A stretch of DNA of 64,000 bases from Perkinsus chesapeaki ATCC PRA-425 (taxonomy: Eukaryota > Protista > Perkinsozoa): positions 619 to 64,618 of the forward strand of contig JAAPAO010000140.1 in assembly GCA_013115145.1 (NCBI GenBank), in the 5' to 3' direction. Positions 36,446-47,200 of the stretch are shown in pieces (the stretch's first letter is position 1; the number at the start of each line of letters is the position of its first letter). The translations under genes and the position numbers were made by a program. The notes beneath the pieces are model-generated. The model searched no databases and was not told the origin of the DNA. It saw only the letters and a list, made by a program, of their open reading frames with translations.

Positions 36446-36807
36446 ATGTCAAGCACTGATTCTCAGCAAGTGAAGGCTTTCGTCGACAACGAGATTGCCT
36501 CTAATAAAGTTGTCCTCTTCGGCAAGACCTACTGTCCCTTCTGTAAGAAGGCAAAGGAGGCCCTTGCTTCCATCAACGCCAATGCCAAGGTCGTTGAGAT
36601 AGACCAACGTGATGACTGCTCAGCCATCCAGGACTATCTTGGTCAGCTTACCGGCGCCAGAAGCGTAAGTCTAGGAATAGATCTTTCACCTTTATTGTAT
36701 TTGTATAGGTCCCCAGAGTGTTTGTGAACGGCAAGTTCGTCGGTGGCGGTGACGACACCGTGGCTAAGGTCCAAAGCGGCGAGATGAAGAAGTTGATCGA
36801 AGCTTAA
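36446..36807 (+). CDS. Dithiol glutaredoxin (CPFC), 1 intron
   Basis: FGKTYCPFC, TGARS|VPRVFV, GGGDD. Confidence 0.95.
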
Positions 36808-37080
36808 GTTCACTAGTAACCTGTTGGTTGAACTCCTGCACCAAAAATGTGCGGAGTTGTTTATTATCACCACCAGCAATGATTTCATATATTAGTGTTT
36901 GTTGAGTTTTCTCAAGTGTTGCCGACAGGTCGGATGTCGTCTCCAAATCGCCCTTTAATGCTGCTGCTGAAAATTGGCCGAATTTTCTCCCAAAATCTTG
37001 TTGTCTTGGACAAGCTGTTTGGTACCCTAATGTTCCTGTGTCCTCGATGTCAAATAGGAATTTTTACAAGCTAGCACTTC

Positions 37081-37649
37081 ATGGGAGATTGCTTCTCGTC
37101 TGGAGGAGGGGGAGAGGGTTCATCTGGCGTGTCAAAAGAGGATGCCAAGAAGCTAGTTGATGATGAAATCGCCGGTAACAAGGTTGTGGTGTTCAGCAAG
37201 AGCTACTGCCCACACTGTAAGAAGGCAAAAGCTGCTTTGGACAGTATAGGTGGTAACGGGAAGGATGTGTAGTGGCGTTGGCATAGGGGAACTTCAGGCG
37301 TTGAATACAAGGTTATTGAACTGGATGGTCGAGGGGACTGTGATACAATTCAGGACTACTTGAACCAGCTTACGGGGGCTCGCACTGTATGACTGTTGCC
37401 AATCTTCGAGGTGGATTGGTTACCGATAGGTGCCTCGTGTTTTTATAGACGGCAAATGCATCGGTGGTGGAAGCGAGACGGTGGCTTTGAAGAACTCTGG
37501 GGAGCTACAGAAGGTGGTGTTGCATTGACCTGTTTGGAATCCTTCGTCTACTTGATCAGATGATTGCCAGCACTAATCCTCTCCCTACTAAGGTGGAAGG
37601 TGCCGAAGAAGAGGGTGGTGGTGGTGGAGGAGGATTGCATCATGACTAA
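37081..37649 (+). CDS. Glutaredoxin (CPHC) with MGDCFS N-terminal extension and Gly-rich tail, 3 introns
   Basis: FSKSYCPHC, TGART|VPRVFI, GGGSET; last exon approximate. Confidence 0.9.
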
Positions 37650-37699
37650 CTCTATGGTGCCAATTTTTTGATACGCCCTGCCGCCGATTAGCATTACGG

Positions 37700-39270
37700 T
37701 ATACGCGAATTCACCAAGCGTGAAGAGTAACCGCCATTAGCCATCTTAATACGGTTCCATCTACTAGCAGCCACTTTTTGGGAGGAACTTTGGTTCGCCA
37801 TCGGAGCGTCTGTTGCGTTCTAGTATGTCGTTGAGGGGCCGTCCAGAACTCCAGTCATTGAATGCCTCGAAAACACAAGTCTCGGCGAGCACCGTCGACT
37901 CCTTCATCGACATCGTCGACTTCAACAAAAGAAGGAGGAGGAGTCAATAGGAGTGTTGCTGAAGTTTCAAAGGCGAGAGAGGAGGTGATATGGCCTAGTG
38001 GTGGAGCTTTTTGTTGCTAACCGATAGGTCCCCAGTTCGATTCCTCCTTCCTTTAGTTTACCGCCTCCCTCCAGCCTCATGTTGCTGCACTGAGCAAAGC
38101 CCTGAGTATTGTCCTCACCAAAAGGTGGCTTTTGCTTGGCTCCAATGGCAATATGGATGATGCAACTGAATGTGTGTTTAGAGAGCACCAGAGGGTCGTG
38201 GAGTGGCTCAGGGCGGACATGTAATATGCTCGGGGCTCACGAATGCATCGGCAATACGCTCGCGTGAATGGACTCATAATTCGGTCTTGAAGGGGTCGCT
38301 TCACAACGGGCCGAGATTGCGTATCGAAGAAAGATGCCTGATTCTCGCTTCAGCATTTGCTATTCCCTAATGAACTTTTCAAATAAGAGTTGTAAACAAC
38401 TTTGCTCCTCCTCCTCCTCCCCCATAACCCTTTTTGTGGTGAGTAACTGTTGAGCCCGTAATGCACGTGCGAGAGACACGGTAGTTGTTGGAACCCTCGG
38501 TAATGGCTTTAAACGGGCCCACCAACAAAACTTCGTGGGCTAATCCTCTCCCAGGTCATGGTGACTCGGGCCTCGTCAATAGGACATGCCCGCCTGTGGG
38601 CAGGGGTTAACACTGTACGGACTCGGTCGAATCTGAGGGTTGGCAATTTTTGGAGCGCCTTGCGTATCTCGGTCGACTAAGAACTGAGTCTGAAGAACGC
38701 GGAGCTATTGCCTTTCCGTTAGTCCTATATTCGTCGGCATCCCTTCCTCACGCATCTGGACCTTGCCCCGGCCCTCTGAAGGTCGACAAGTGGTGAAGAT
38801 GTTTTTAGGACCAAACGAGCCGAGCAGCTGCTGGTGTCCCTCCGAGTAGAGCTCGAGGCTTTCCAACAGAAACATGGCAGCAATCTCGGAAGGATAATAC
38901 GGCATTTGGATGGTGAGCCTATTGCGTATCTTTCATGCTCGACCTCCCGCATATCTTGTCTATCAGGCGTGGCTACTTCTACCGTAGCTGAGCCAGAAGC
39001 GTCCACTGATGTGATTAACGATATCATCACATCGGCGAGTCACTGCGCGGCGGAGATGCTCTTGGCGGTGAAAGCGCTGCTAGATCATCTCGATACTGTC
39101 GACCTAAACTCGAAACAACTGAAGGTATCTCTTTGCAAGCCTTCCGGGGAAAGTCGGTCCCTTTTAGGACGAAGAAGCAATCAACACCTGGGCGTTGGCG
39201 ATTACCTTGGAAACACCGCCTCAATTGCGCATGCGTGCAGATTTTGATACCAACAGTGAATGACGGCAAA
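37700..39270 (-). CDS. Hypothetical multi-exon protein
   Basis: Minus-strand open segments 39027-39269, 38725-39030 and near 37800-37920; strand and structure uncertain. Confidence 0.2.
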
Positions 39271-39348
39271 GAGTATTTTACGATTAGATTCGTCTGAACT
39301 TGTGTTTCGTCGAAGGATACCGAACCTTGTCCATTAGTTTTTTTAGGA

Positions 39349-40531
39349 ATGGGGCAGCAGGAATCTCGGACACTTCCGCCGCTTCCGCAGCAGCGCGTGG
39401 TGGGTCCCTGGTTCGATTCCTGGGTCCGGCATCTTCCGCTTCAGATCCGTTTGAACCCCGACGGGACCTCCACTGAGGTAGTTCTCAATCCCAGCGGTCA
39501 CACACTCAACGCCGACAGCTCAGCCGCAGCTCAGAGGGGCTCTGGTCGCTCGCCGGGCGGAGAACAGCTGACACCAGTCAGCATCGAGGCCTATGTAGCT
39601 CAGCGACTTGATCGAGATTATGCAACCTGTTGAGTTAGGTTGACCGAAGCTCCTTCAGAGTTGACGATGGCAAGCTGAGCTTCACTGTGGTGGCCTCAGC
39701 CGATGCTATGGTGACAGTTTACATGAATGCTATAAACAAAAGTACGGTGTGTTGCGTCACACTCGAAGTGCAATCATCTGACAGATGACCAACAACTTGC
39801 TCGCCATCGTCATGGCCCTCTGCGGTGGCCTGTTCTCAGCTACGAGCATTCGGAAACTCAACGGGTTGCTTGCTTGGCACCAGAGACTCGAACGCAGTTG
39901 ACGTATGAACTGGAGCCGGCCACCGTTATCCTCAAGGCCATGAGCCAGCAGAGATGGCCTTTGGTCCGTTGCCGGGGATCGAACCTGCGTCCTCCCACTT
40001 GATGATGATGTTCTTGTAGGTGGTAGAGGTCTTCGTTGCAGCGACTCAAAGCGGAACTATGATGTATCTAACAGCAGCCGACTCTAACGCGACGGCTGTG
40101 AGGGTTTCGGAGCAAGTCCATAAGTTGCCGAATGGCACTGTGGTGGCAACGGGGGCGCTGTACGGTTTATCGGAGATAACCAAGAATAGTAAGTCACCAG
40201 GGATCGAACTCAGGACCTCGAGGTATTCATCCTAAGCAGATAACGGTTCGGCTAATTCCTCTGGCTTAGAACAGGACCGATGCTCGATATGCCTGAGTAA
40301 CCCCATCAACACGGCGTTGCTGCCCTGTGGACACACCGCTCTTTGTACCATCAACCACCAGTCGCACCGTTCTAAAGCATCCTTCAGGTGCCGATTGTGC
40401 GAGGCTGCTGCAGGATGATCCCGCCAACTCCAAATGCCCGATTTGTCGAGCTCATGTCATCAGCTCAGTAGTAAATTTCCTGGCGCGCGGTCACATCTCT
40501 GTAGGTTACTCTCGACATACCTCGGAGCTGA
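39349..40531 (+). CDS. MGRN1/LOG2-like RING-HC E3 ubiquitin ligase, predicted N-myristoylated
   Basis: MGQQES start; spliced C-terminus CSICLSNPINTALLPCGHTAL|CADCARLLQDDPANSKCPICR. Confidence 0.85.
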
Positions 40532-40617
40532 TGACTCGGATGTATGATTATATTTTTAGTTCCTCCTGTCGAGTTGATGGGTGATTATATACCCTCCTGT
40601 AGCCCTTCCTTGTTTAA

Positions 40618-41792
40618 ATGCCACGCAAGTCCAAGAAGGCCAAAGACCAGGAGCAAGAACAGGAGCCAGCAGCAGCAGCCGTGGCTGAGGCGGCCTCGGA
40701 CAACAACAAGACGAAGAAGAAGGCGAGAGAGCGTGCAAATGACGTCAAGTTGGAGCCGGACTCGCTCGAACAGCGGAGACGAGAGCTGCAGCGAACAATA
40801 CAGAAAACGGTGGGTCTGCGATGGCGTGATGCATCGGGCGTGATGGTTGGGTGGTGGTAGGTGCGGAAAATGCGGGAAGAGGGAGTTGATGAGGCGCTGA
40901 TTAAGGTGGAGATTAATAGGATTAAGAATAGGGAGCAAAGAACACTTATGCATGCCGTAAGAGGACATTATGAAAATACCGGAGCCGGGGATCGAACCTG
41001 CGTGGTTAGGTCAAACAGCAGCAAAGGGTTGAAAAGGGCAGCAAACACGAAGTCGTTGTGGTACGTGAGGGCGGAGCGAAGCGATTCATCATTAACGGTT
41101 TCATGGTAGATTCCGATTGCATGGAAGCAAAAGGCCAGAGAAAAGGCAGAAGTTGACTCGGCGTCGATCGCCGTGAAGAGGGCCCTCCTGTCAGCTGGAG
41201 TGGACGCATGGCTTGACCATCGAAGAGAGTAAGCAGCCAATGCTATCTCCTCTTGTGGAGACTATCCAGATACACACCCGGTCAGAAGTTTGCCTATTGG
41301 GAGCATCTCGGTGTCAAGTTCCGCGTGGAGATTGGTCCCAATGATGTCGCCCAAAACCAATGCGTGGTGGTCCGAGCTGACGAGCCAGGAGAGTGGCTGA
41401 AGCATCAGAGGAAGCGAGGAGTAAGGTTCTGGTGGTCGCGGCTATTCCACTGTGCATTCAGGTGAGGCTCTCCTGCCGCGGTATCATTTCCGCCTTGATT
41501 GAGCTCGGTTATGATGGCGGCGGTGCTGCTGGTGACATTGACAGACTTGACGATGGCATACTGGAGGGGACAGCCGGCCAGGACGAGGACCACGATGAGG
41601 GAGGAGATGCCCACGAGGAAGTTGATGAAGGTATTTCGCTGCCAACACGCCGCATCCGCTGGGTATTTCATTTCCTTTGTAGATTTGGCCGGCAATGTAG
41701 CGCTCTCATCTGATGCCCCCAAAAGAGAGAAGCGTAAGACACCTTACAAGTCCTTCCTGATGAACAAGAAGAGGCAACGTACGTCAGAGTGA
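40618..41792 (+). CDS. Protein with a stand-alone ProRS-type anticodon-binding domain between charged low-complexity regions
   Basis: Spliced LLSAGVDAWLDHRR|YTPGQKFAYWEHLGVKFRVEIGPNDVAQNQCVVVR matches the class IIa anticodon-binding motif; no synthetase catalytic domain between the neighbouring genes. Confidence 0.75.
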
Positions 41793-41958
41793 AGCCTCCA
41801 TTGTATTCTATAACGTCATCTCTACCAGCGGCCTCCGCTGGGCTTCGATGCTCAACAACAACATCCACGATAGTTCCTCTCGCTGGTGACTCGGCCTTGC
41901 GTTTGGGGAGTAATGATTAGTTTGTATAGTTTTTAATAAACTGTCTGGCTTGGGGTCG

Positions 41959-43962
41959 ATGCAGTCTCAAGACTGCATTGTAAAATCAACACGTCATCTT
42001 AACAGGCTTCTCTCGTCTCTGCGAAGAGAGAAGGGATCGTCAGAGCGAGCACGGTGCCTCATCGATGAGGCTTTTCGGACACAAAAGATTGTCCCCGATT
42101 CGTTCACGTACAGTCAGGCCTTCCTCCTCGGAGCCTACAGCTGTTCTGAAATCGCCCCCATAGTGCGAGCCAAGGTATCATCTCTGAATACAGTTGCAGT
42201 GAACTCTGCGATAGCTTCCTGTGCCCGTATGGGTTGCGAGGCCGAGGCCCGGGAACTGCTGCGATTGAGCGAGTCGAACAGTCTGGCCAATACTCGTACC
42301 TACAACGCTTTCCTCGCAACTGTTACGACCGGCTCGGCAGCTCTGACAGTATGGCGGTCGATCCCAGCTGGGCTGAAAGACGGGTATACTCTGCAACTTG
42401 TCTTGAATCGATTGGCCCAAGATGGTCATCCACCCAAAGACTATCACACTGTGCTTCAAGAGGTCCGTGGTATCATCCCCACCGATCGTCATCATTTGGC
42501 CACGGTCATCTCTGGTTGCATTCGAGGTGGATATCCGCTCGACGGTCTCGAGGCTTTGAAGGCTGCTAACGTGAAAGCCTGCGATGACAAGGTGCTCGCC
42601 ACCTGCGTGCTGTGTGCTTACGAGCGGCTCGGTATGTGGCGTGAAAGCATCGACTTGGTTGGAGCAATCGACGAGCCCGATGCTGTATGCTACACTGTGG
42701 CGATGGCTGTCTGTGCTCGAGCTGGACGAGGCAAGGAGGCCGTCATTCTGTGGGGAGAGATGCGCAATCGTGGTCTCACTCCTCAGCGGCAAAGTCTCTC
42801 CGCAGTGGTGCGCGCATGTGAAGCCGCTGGCGACTACGACAACGCCATACGAATACTAAGTGAGATTGGTGAAGAAGCTCCGAAGGTGGGTGCGGTCACC
42901 GATCCGACCAAAAGATTCGCTAGCAGCCGGCCAGAGAGGATCACTCTTGCCTATCGAGACCTGCTCTGCGATAGGCTTGAACTGTCGCTCAACAGGGGCT
43001 CCGCTGTCTCTCCTTTGGGTGTCGCCGACCATCGCCAAGAGACAGTGCGAGTCGGTGTTGATTTCGGTACCGGACCCGCGCCCCATCAAGATGCGCTTGC
43101 CAAGCTTTTACCATCAACAGAGGAGCGTATGCGCGCCCTTGCGGCTGTCACCGATCTGAAAGGCCTTGCCGAAAAGGTGGGGCTCGGGTGTATAGAGTAC
43201 GGTGCTGCAGCCGCCGGCCTGGCCTTGCCTCATGGTGATGTCGACGTTACTTTGGTGCCGCAGGGGTTTGACTCCTCAACTGCGTGGCTTGAGAGCCTCT
43301 CCGATGCCGACAGGTCGGCCTATCCACCACGGGAATCTGCCCAGGCCTGTTTGCTCTCCCTTTATCGAATGCTCAATGATCGCTCTCCTTTCGGTGTTGT
43401 GGCCACTGGTCTCGGCGGAAGAGTCCCTGTTCTGACAATCCTCCACAAGGCCACTAAAACAGTGATGGATGTCACCTACATAAACGCCCTCGGCTGTCGG
43501 AAGAGCATCTGGCTCTCTGAACAAGTGGCAGAGCTACCTCAACTTAAAGATGCTATCCGCGTGGTAAAGTATTGGATGAAGAGACATGGCATGACAGGCC
43601 AGTCTAGAGGGTGGCTCGGCGGCTATTCTCTCGCGGTGGCAATGGTCGGAGTGGCGAAGGCCATCGACGCCCCCAACGACTGCGAAACCCTCTGTCGAGC
43701 TTTCGTTCGTTTGCTGCGCCAAATGGACATAGAAAGGCATTGCATCAGCCCTCGGCTTGGTGGAGTGGTCCCTAAGGTGTGTGGGAGAGGGCAAAGTTTG
43801 TCCATTGAAGACCCTATTGAAATACAATGGGATTTGGGAGCCATCCTTGGAGAGGAGAGGACGGCGGCACTACTTGGCAAAATTGGACAAGTCGATGCAT
43901 GGTGTGCACGTAACAGTGACTCAAGTTTGACTGAATGGTTGCTGCTTGCTGTTTCTGATTAA
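41959..43962 (+). CDS. PPR-repeat protein fused to a Cid1/GLD-2/TUTase-like nucleotidyltransferase, intronless
   Basis: About 8-9 PPR-like units (e.g. AVCYTVAMAVCARAGRGKEAVILWGEMRNRGLTPQ), then YGAAAAGLALPHGDVDVT, GRVPVL, VMDVTYINALG, VKYWMKRHGM...GWLGGYSL, LSIEDP. Confidence 0.9.
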   Translation: MQSQDCIVKSTRHLNRLLSSLRREKGSSERARCLIDEAFRTQKIVPDSFTYSQAFLLGAYSCSEIAPIVRAKVSSLNTVAVNSAIASCARMGCEAEARELLRLSESNSLANTRTYNAFLATVTTGSAALTVWRSIPAGLKDGYTLQLVLNRLAQDGHPPKDYHTVLQEVRGIIPTDRHHLATVISGCIRGGYPLDGLEALKAANVKACDDKVLATCVLCAYERLGMWRESIDLVGAIDEPDAVCYTVAMAVCARAGRGKEAVILWGEMRNRGLTPQRQSLSAVVRACEAAGDYDNAIRILSEIGEEAPKVGAVTDPTKRFASSRPERITLAYRDLLCDRLELSLNRGSAVSPLGVADHRQETVRVGVDFGTGPAPHQDALAKLLPSTEERMRALAAVTDLKGLAEKVGLGCIEYGAAAAGLALPHGDVDVTLVPQGFDSSTAWLESLSDADRSAYPPRESAQACLLSLYRMLNDRSPFGVVATGLGGRVPVLTILHKATKTVMDVTYINALGCRKSIWLSEQVAELPQLKDAIRVVKYWMKRHGMTGQSRGWLGGYSLAVAMVGVAKAIDAPNDCETLCRAFVRLLRQMDIERHCISPRLGGVVPKVCGRGQSLSIEDPIEIQWDLGAILGEERTAALLGKIGQVDAWCARNSDSSLTEWLLLAVSD

Positions 43963-44280
43963 TCGATTCACTGTTGCTTTCATAGTAACATGGACGGCTT
44001 GTGGCATGGAAAGCACTTTGGTTAGCCGGACAGGTTAACTATTAAACGAGTCGTTATTTAACATCAGACGTTTCTCTCGTGGACGTTAATGACTCTTCAG
44101 AGATTGCTGGTTTAAGGGTGCTTTGACCGTACTTTGTTATTGTATTGATGATTAACATTTAACACCACATACGATAAGCTGCAGAGTAAATGCTAATTTA
44201 ACACATTACGTAACACAACTGTCCCCTCAGTGAGATCAACCCTCTTGTTCAGCTCATCACGGTGGGCTGCATCCGATACC

Positions 44281-47200
44281 TCAATCACAGTCGATGATCT
44301 CAATGTCTTCGCTGGATGGCGGATCATAATCCGACAGCGACACTGAATCGACTACATCACCAACAAGCATTTCGCTCGAGGACAACGAGACGCCATCCTC
44401 GATAGCATCCACGTCGGTGAACGGATAGTCGCCGCTCGACGGCAAATCAAGGTCCTCTTCCAGGCATGGCTGCGCAAGGGGAATCTCGTCCTGTGTGTGA
44501 TCACTAATAATCTCGGCTTCGGACGACTGACTGCTCTGTAGCTCTGTTTTACCGCTGGAGGCCTTCCGCCCACTCAGCTGACTCGGCGCGACTTCCCACG
44601 TTCCAGGGAGACGATTGTCAAGCTGACCCAGATTCCGCCGAGCCCTGAGCTCTTCGATAGGTGCATCGCATCGCACGAAGTAGTTATCACAATGGTAAGC
44701 ATCCGTGCAACCTGCAGCCATCACAACAGAGCCTTCTGTGCAACTCGTACAGATCAGCCTAGCTGCACGAGATCTTGCCTCGGCCCCTCGTGCTGCGCTA
44801 CTCCCAGCGAACGCCACCAGAGCCGGATCGCGGTCCAAGCATGTTTCGCAAACCCAACGAGTGCCTTGTCGACTGCCCAATCGATGATGGCATAGGAAGC
44901 ACTCTGAACTCATGCTTTCTACAGCTGGCAGATCTTCGGTTAACCAAGCGGCCACACTCGGGAGGATCGGTGCGAGGATGCGCTGGACCGCCGGGAAGAA
45001 CTGCTTCGTCAAGTAGTAGTCAGCATCGATAACAACATTCCTCGACCCAGCGATCCTGTACGGCGGTACCACTCTGTCCAGGAGCTTAGCGTTCGACCTG
45101 TCACCAGCTTTTCTTGCCACCACATAAGCCACACGTTCCTTGTAACCGGTGTCCAGTCCTTGTAGGGCGGCTACATGGGCCGCTGGAGGGAGATTCTTAC
45201 TGCGATAATTAAGCCGTACTTGGTTTTGAAATATGAATTCAGTTTTGCTAATCTCACCGCTATAAAGCCGTCTGATGATCTCGCGCCCGGCTCGTCGGCC
45301 AGCCTCCAGATGAAGCGTCTCGTCTGCCGTAGGGTCCGTTCGGAACATAGCCTCGAGCACACTGTGCACAGACTTTGCCGTGAAGGGGCAGCTGTCTCGC
45401 CGGACTGTCTCGATGCCCTTGGCGAAGAACTCTGGTTTAGCTTTAGGATGCTCATATGCCCAACCGCAATATCTTTTCTTTGACACCAAAATACATGGCA
45501 TGCAGACTTTCTCAAGTTGCAGTTTGATCGGCCATGGGTTAACACTCGTCACACAGTCCGCCAATCTGCCTCCAAACTCGAACGCAGCTTCCACAGACCC
45601 GCATGATTCACTCGGCGGCCTGCACCATGAGCTGTAATAAAAGACCGCAACGCTGTTGCTGTGAAACTCACCGTATGAACATAGAATCGGTGTCCCCATA
45701 CAAAACTGTGGCGCCCATGTCCTCAGCAATCGACATGGCCTGCTGCAAAGTCCGCCTGGCTGTCAAAACAATAGCATCAGCTAGCTCCGAGCATGGCATG
45801 CGGCCAGAGAATGACGCACCAGCGTAGCCATACCTGAACTCTATGTGAGGAAATGATCAACTATGTGCAGCATCGCTACGTCACGTTAGCCAGCAACTTA
45901 AGCCCGAGTTGCCGGGCATCCATAATTCTATATAGTGCGGGAGAATCTTTTGAATTCACGCGTTTCATTGCACGCTTGACCATAAACCTTGTCTGGAGGA
46001 CCTGTGAGATACCATTCGACGAAGACCAAAAGATCCAGTCGACGAACCTCGTGGAGCATCCGGGGCAAGATGCCAACTCTACATGACGGCTGCACGAATA
46101 CCACTCCATTCGCAGCAACAACAACATTATCATCCTGGAGAATCGATGACGATCGTTTAATCTACAAACAACAAATATGTCATTCAACGATCCTACGTAG
46201 TAGTCGAAAGTTACCGTATGAGGTTTATCTCGCTGCGTGCCCAGTGGTACTGTCACATCCAGGTGTTCAACACGCCCCAGACATGTTGAGTAGCACATAT
46301 TATAGGCAATTATAATGCTTGGATATAGACTCTGGAAGTCTAGAATTATAGTAGGCGTTCGGTAATAGCCAGATCTTGGCTCAAGGATCATAGGAGTTCC
46401 CTCCAACGCCGGTTGTGCTTTCACCTAAGCAAGTAGGCCTAAACACAGTTACCAGCCTAGGTCCCCTAGCTCCAGTTGCGCATTCGAAAACAATCAGTTG
46501 TTCGCGGGGCTCACCTGCGCTTTGGATGATGTGACTAAGGCGAAACCGCTCCTAGTTGCCGCGCGATGGAGAATGCACTCAACTCTATATTGGCTTCCTC
46601 GAGTCAGCACCTGAGTAGAAGATTCCTGCTCGGAAGATTGACGAACTCTACAACAGAGTTCACGAACGCCCCCTAAATTAAACGAAATAAATAATTACCT
46701 CCTCGACATCCGGCATTCCTAATACGGATGACATCTCAGATGCTCGACTGAGAAGAGTACTGGCATCCAGCAGCTGCAAAGCGAGGAGGACCATCCGTGA
46801 GGTATATTTAAAGGCTTTGAGGCACAATGCTCTATCAGTCCACCAATCCTGCAGCAACCACATCGGGATATTCGGCAGCGTCAATCCGAGCAGCTGCCTT
46901 GCTGCACCATGCAAAGTCGTTGTTGACAACTTGAGCGAATCCTCCTGCCGCAAAGTCTGCCAAAGATCAAGCGTTATGCGGCCGAATAGGGTAGACGCTC
47001 CCATAGGCCCTGGAACAGGCGCGATGCAGACTCGATGGAATAGATACTCCGAGTTTGGAACGCGGAGGGATCGGGCCCGCTCAGCCGCATACACGATACC
47101 CTTCCGAGAGGCATCCCAGCTAACCACTACTGTGGGATCGAATTGACCAAAGACGTGGTCGAGGGCGAGGATGAGCTCGGACTCACAGGAAGCGTGTTGC

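Noticed and set aside
39350-39430. Perfect B-box GGTTCGATTCC with a loose A-box upstream (possible tRNA)
   Set aside because: No cloverleaf can be built and the sequence encodes GPWFDSW in exon 1 of the RING gene.
42178-42792. 204-aa minus-strand ORF
   Set aside because: Antisense shadow of the PPR region.
46366-46385. TAGCCAGATCTTGGCTCAAG, resembling the perkinsid/dinoflagellate spliced leader 3' end
   Set aside because: It is the antisense of REV3 codons for the conserved LEPRSGY motif, has a 2-nt insertion relative to the leader, and lacks a following GT donor.
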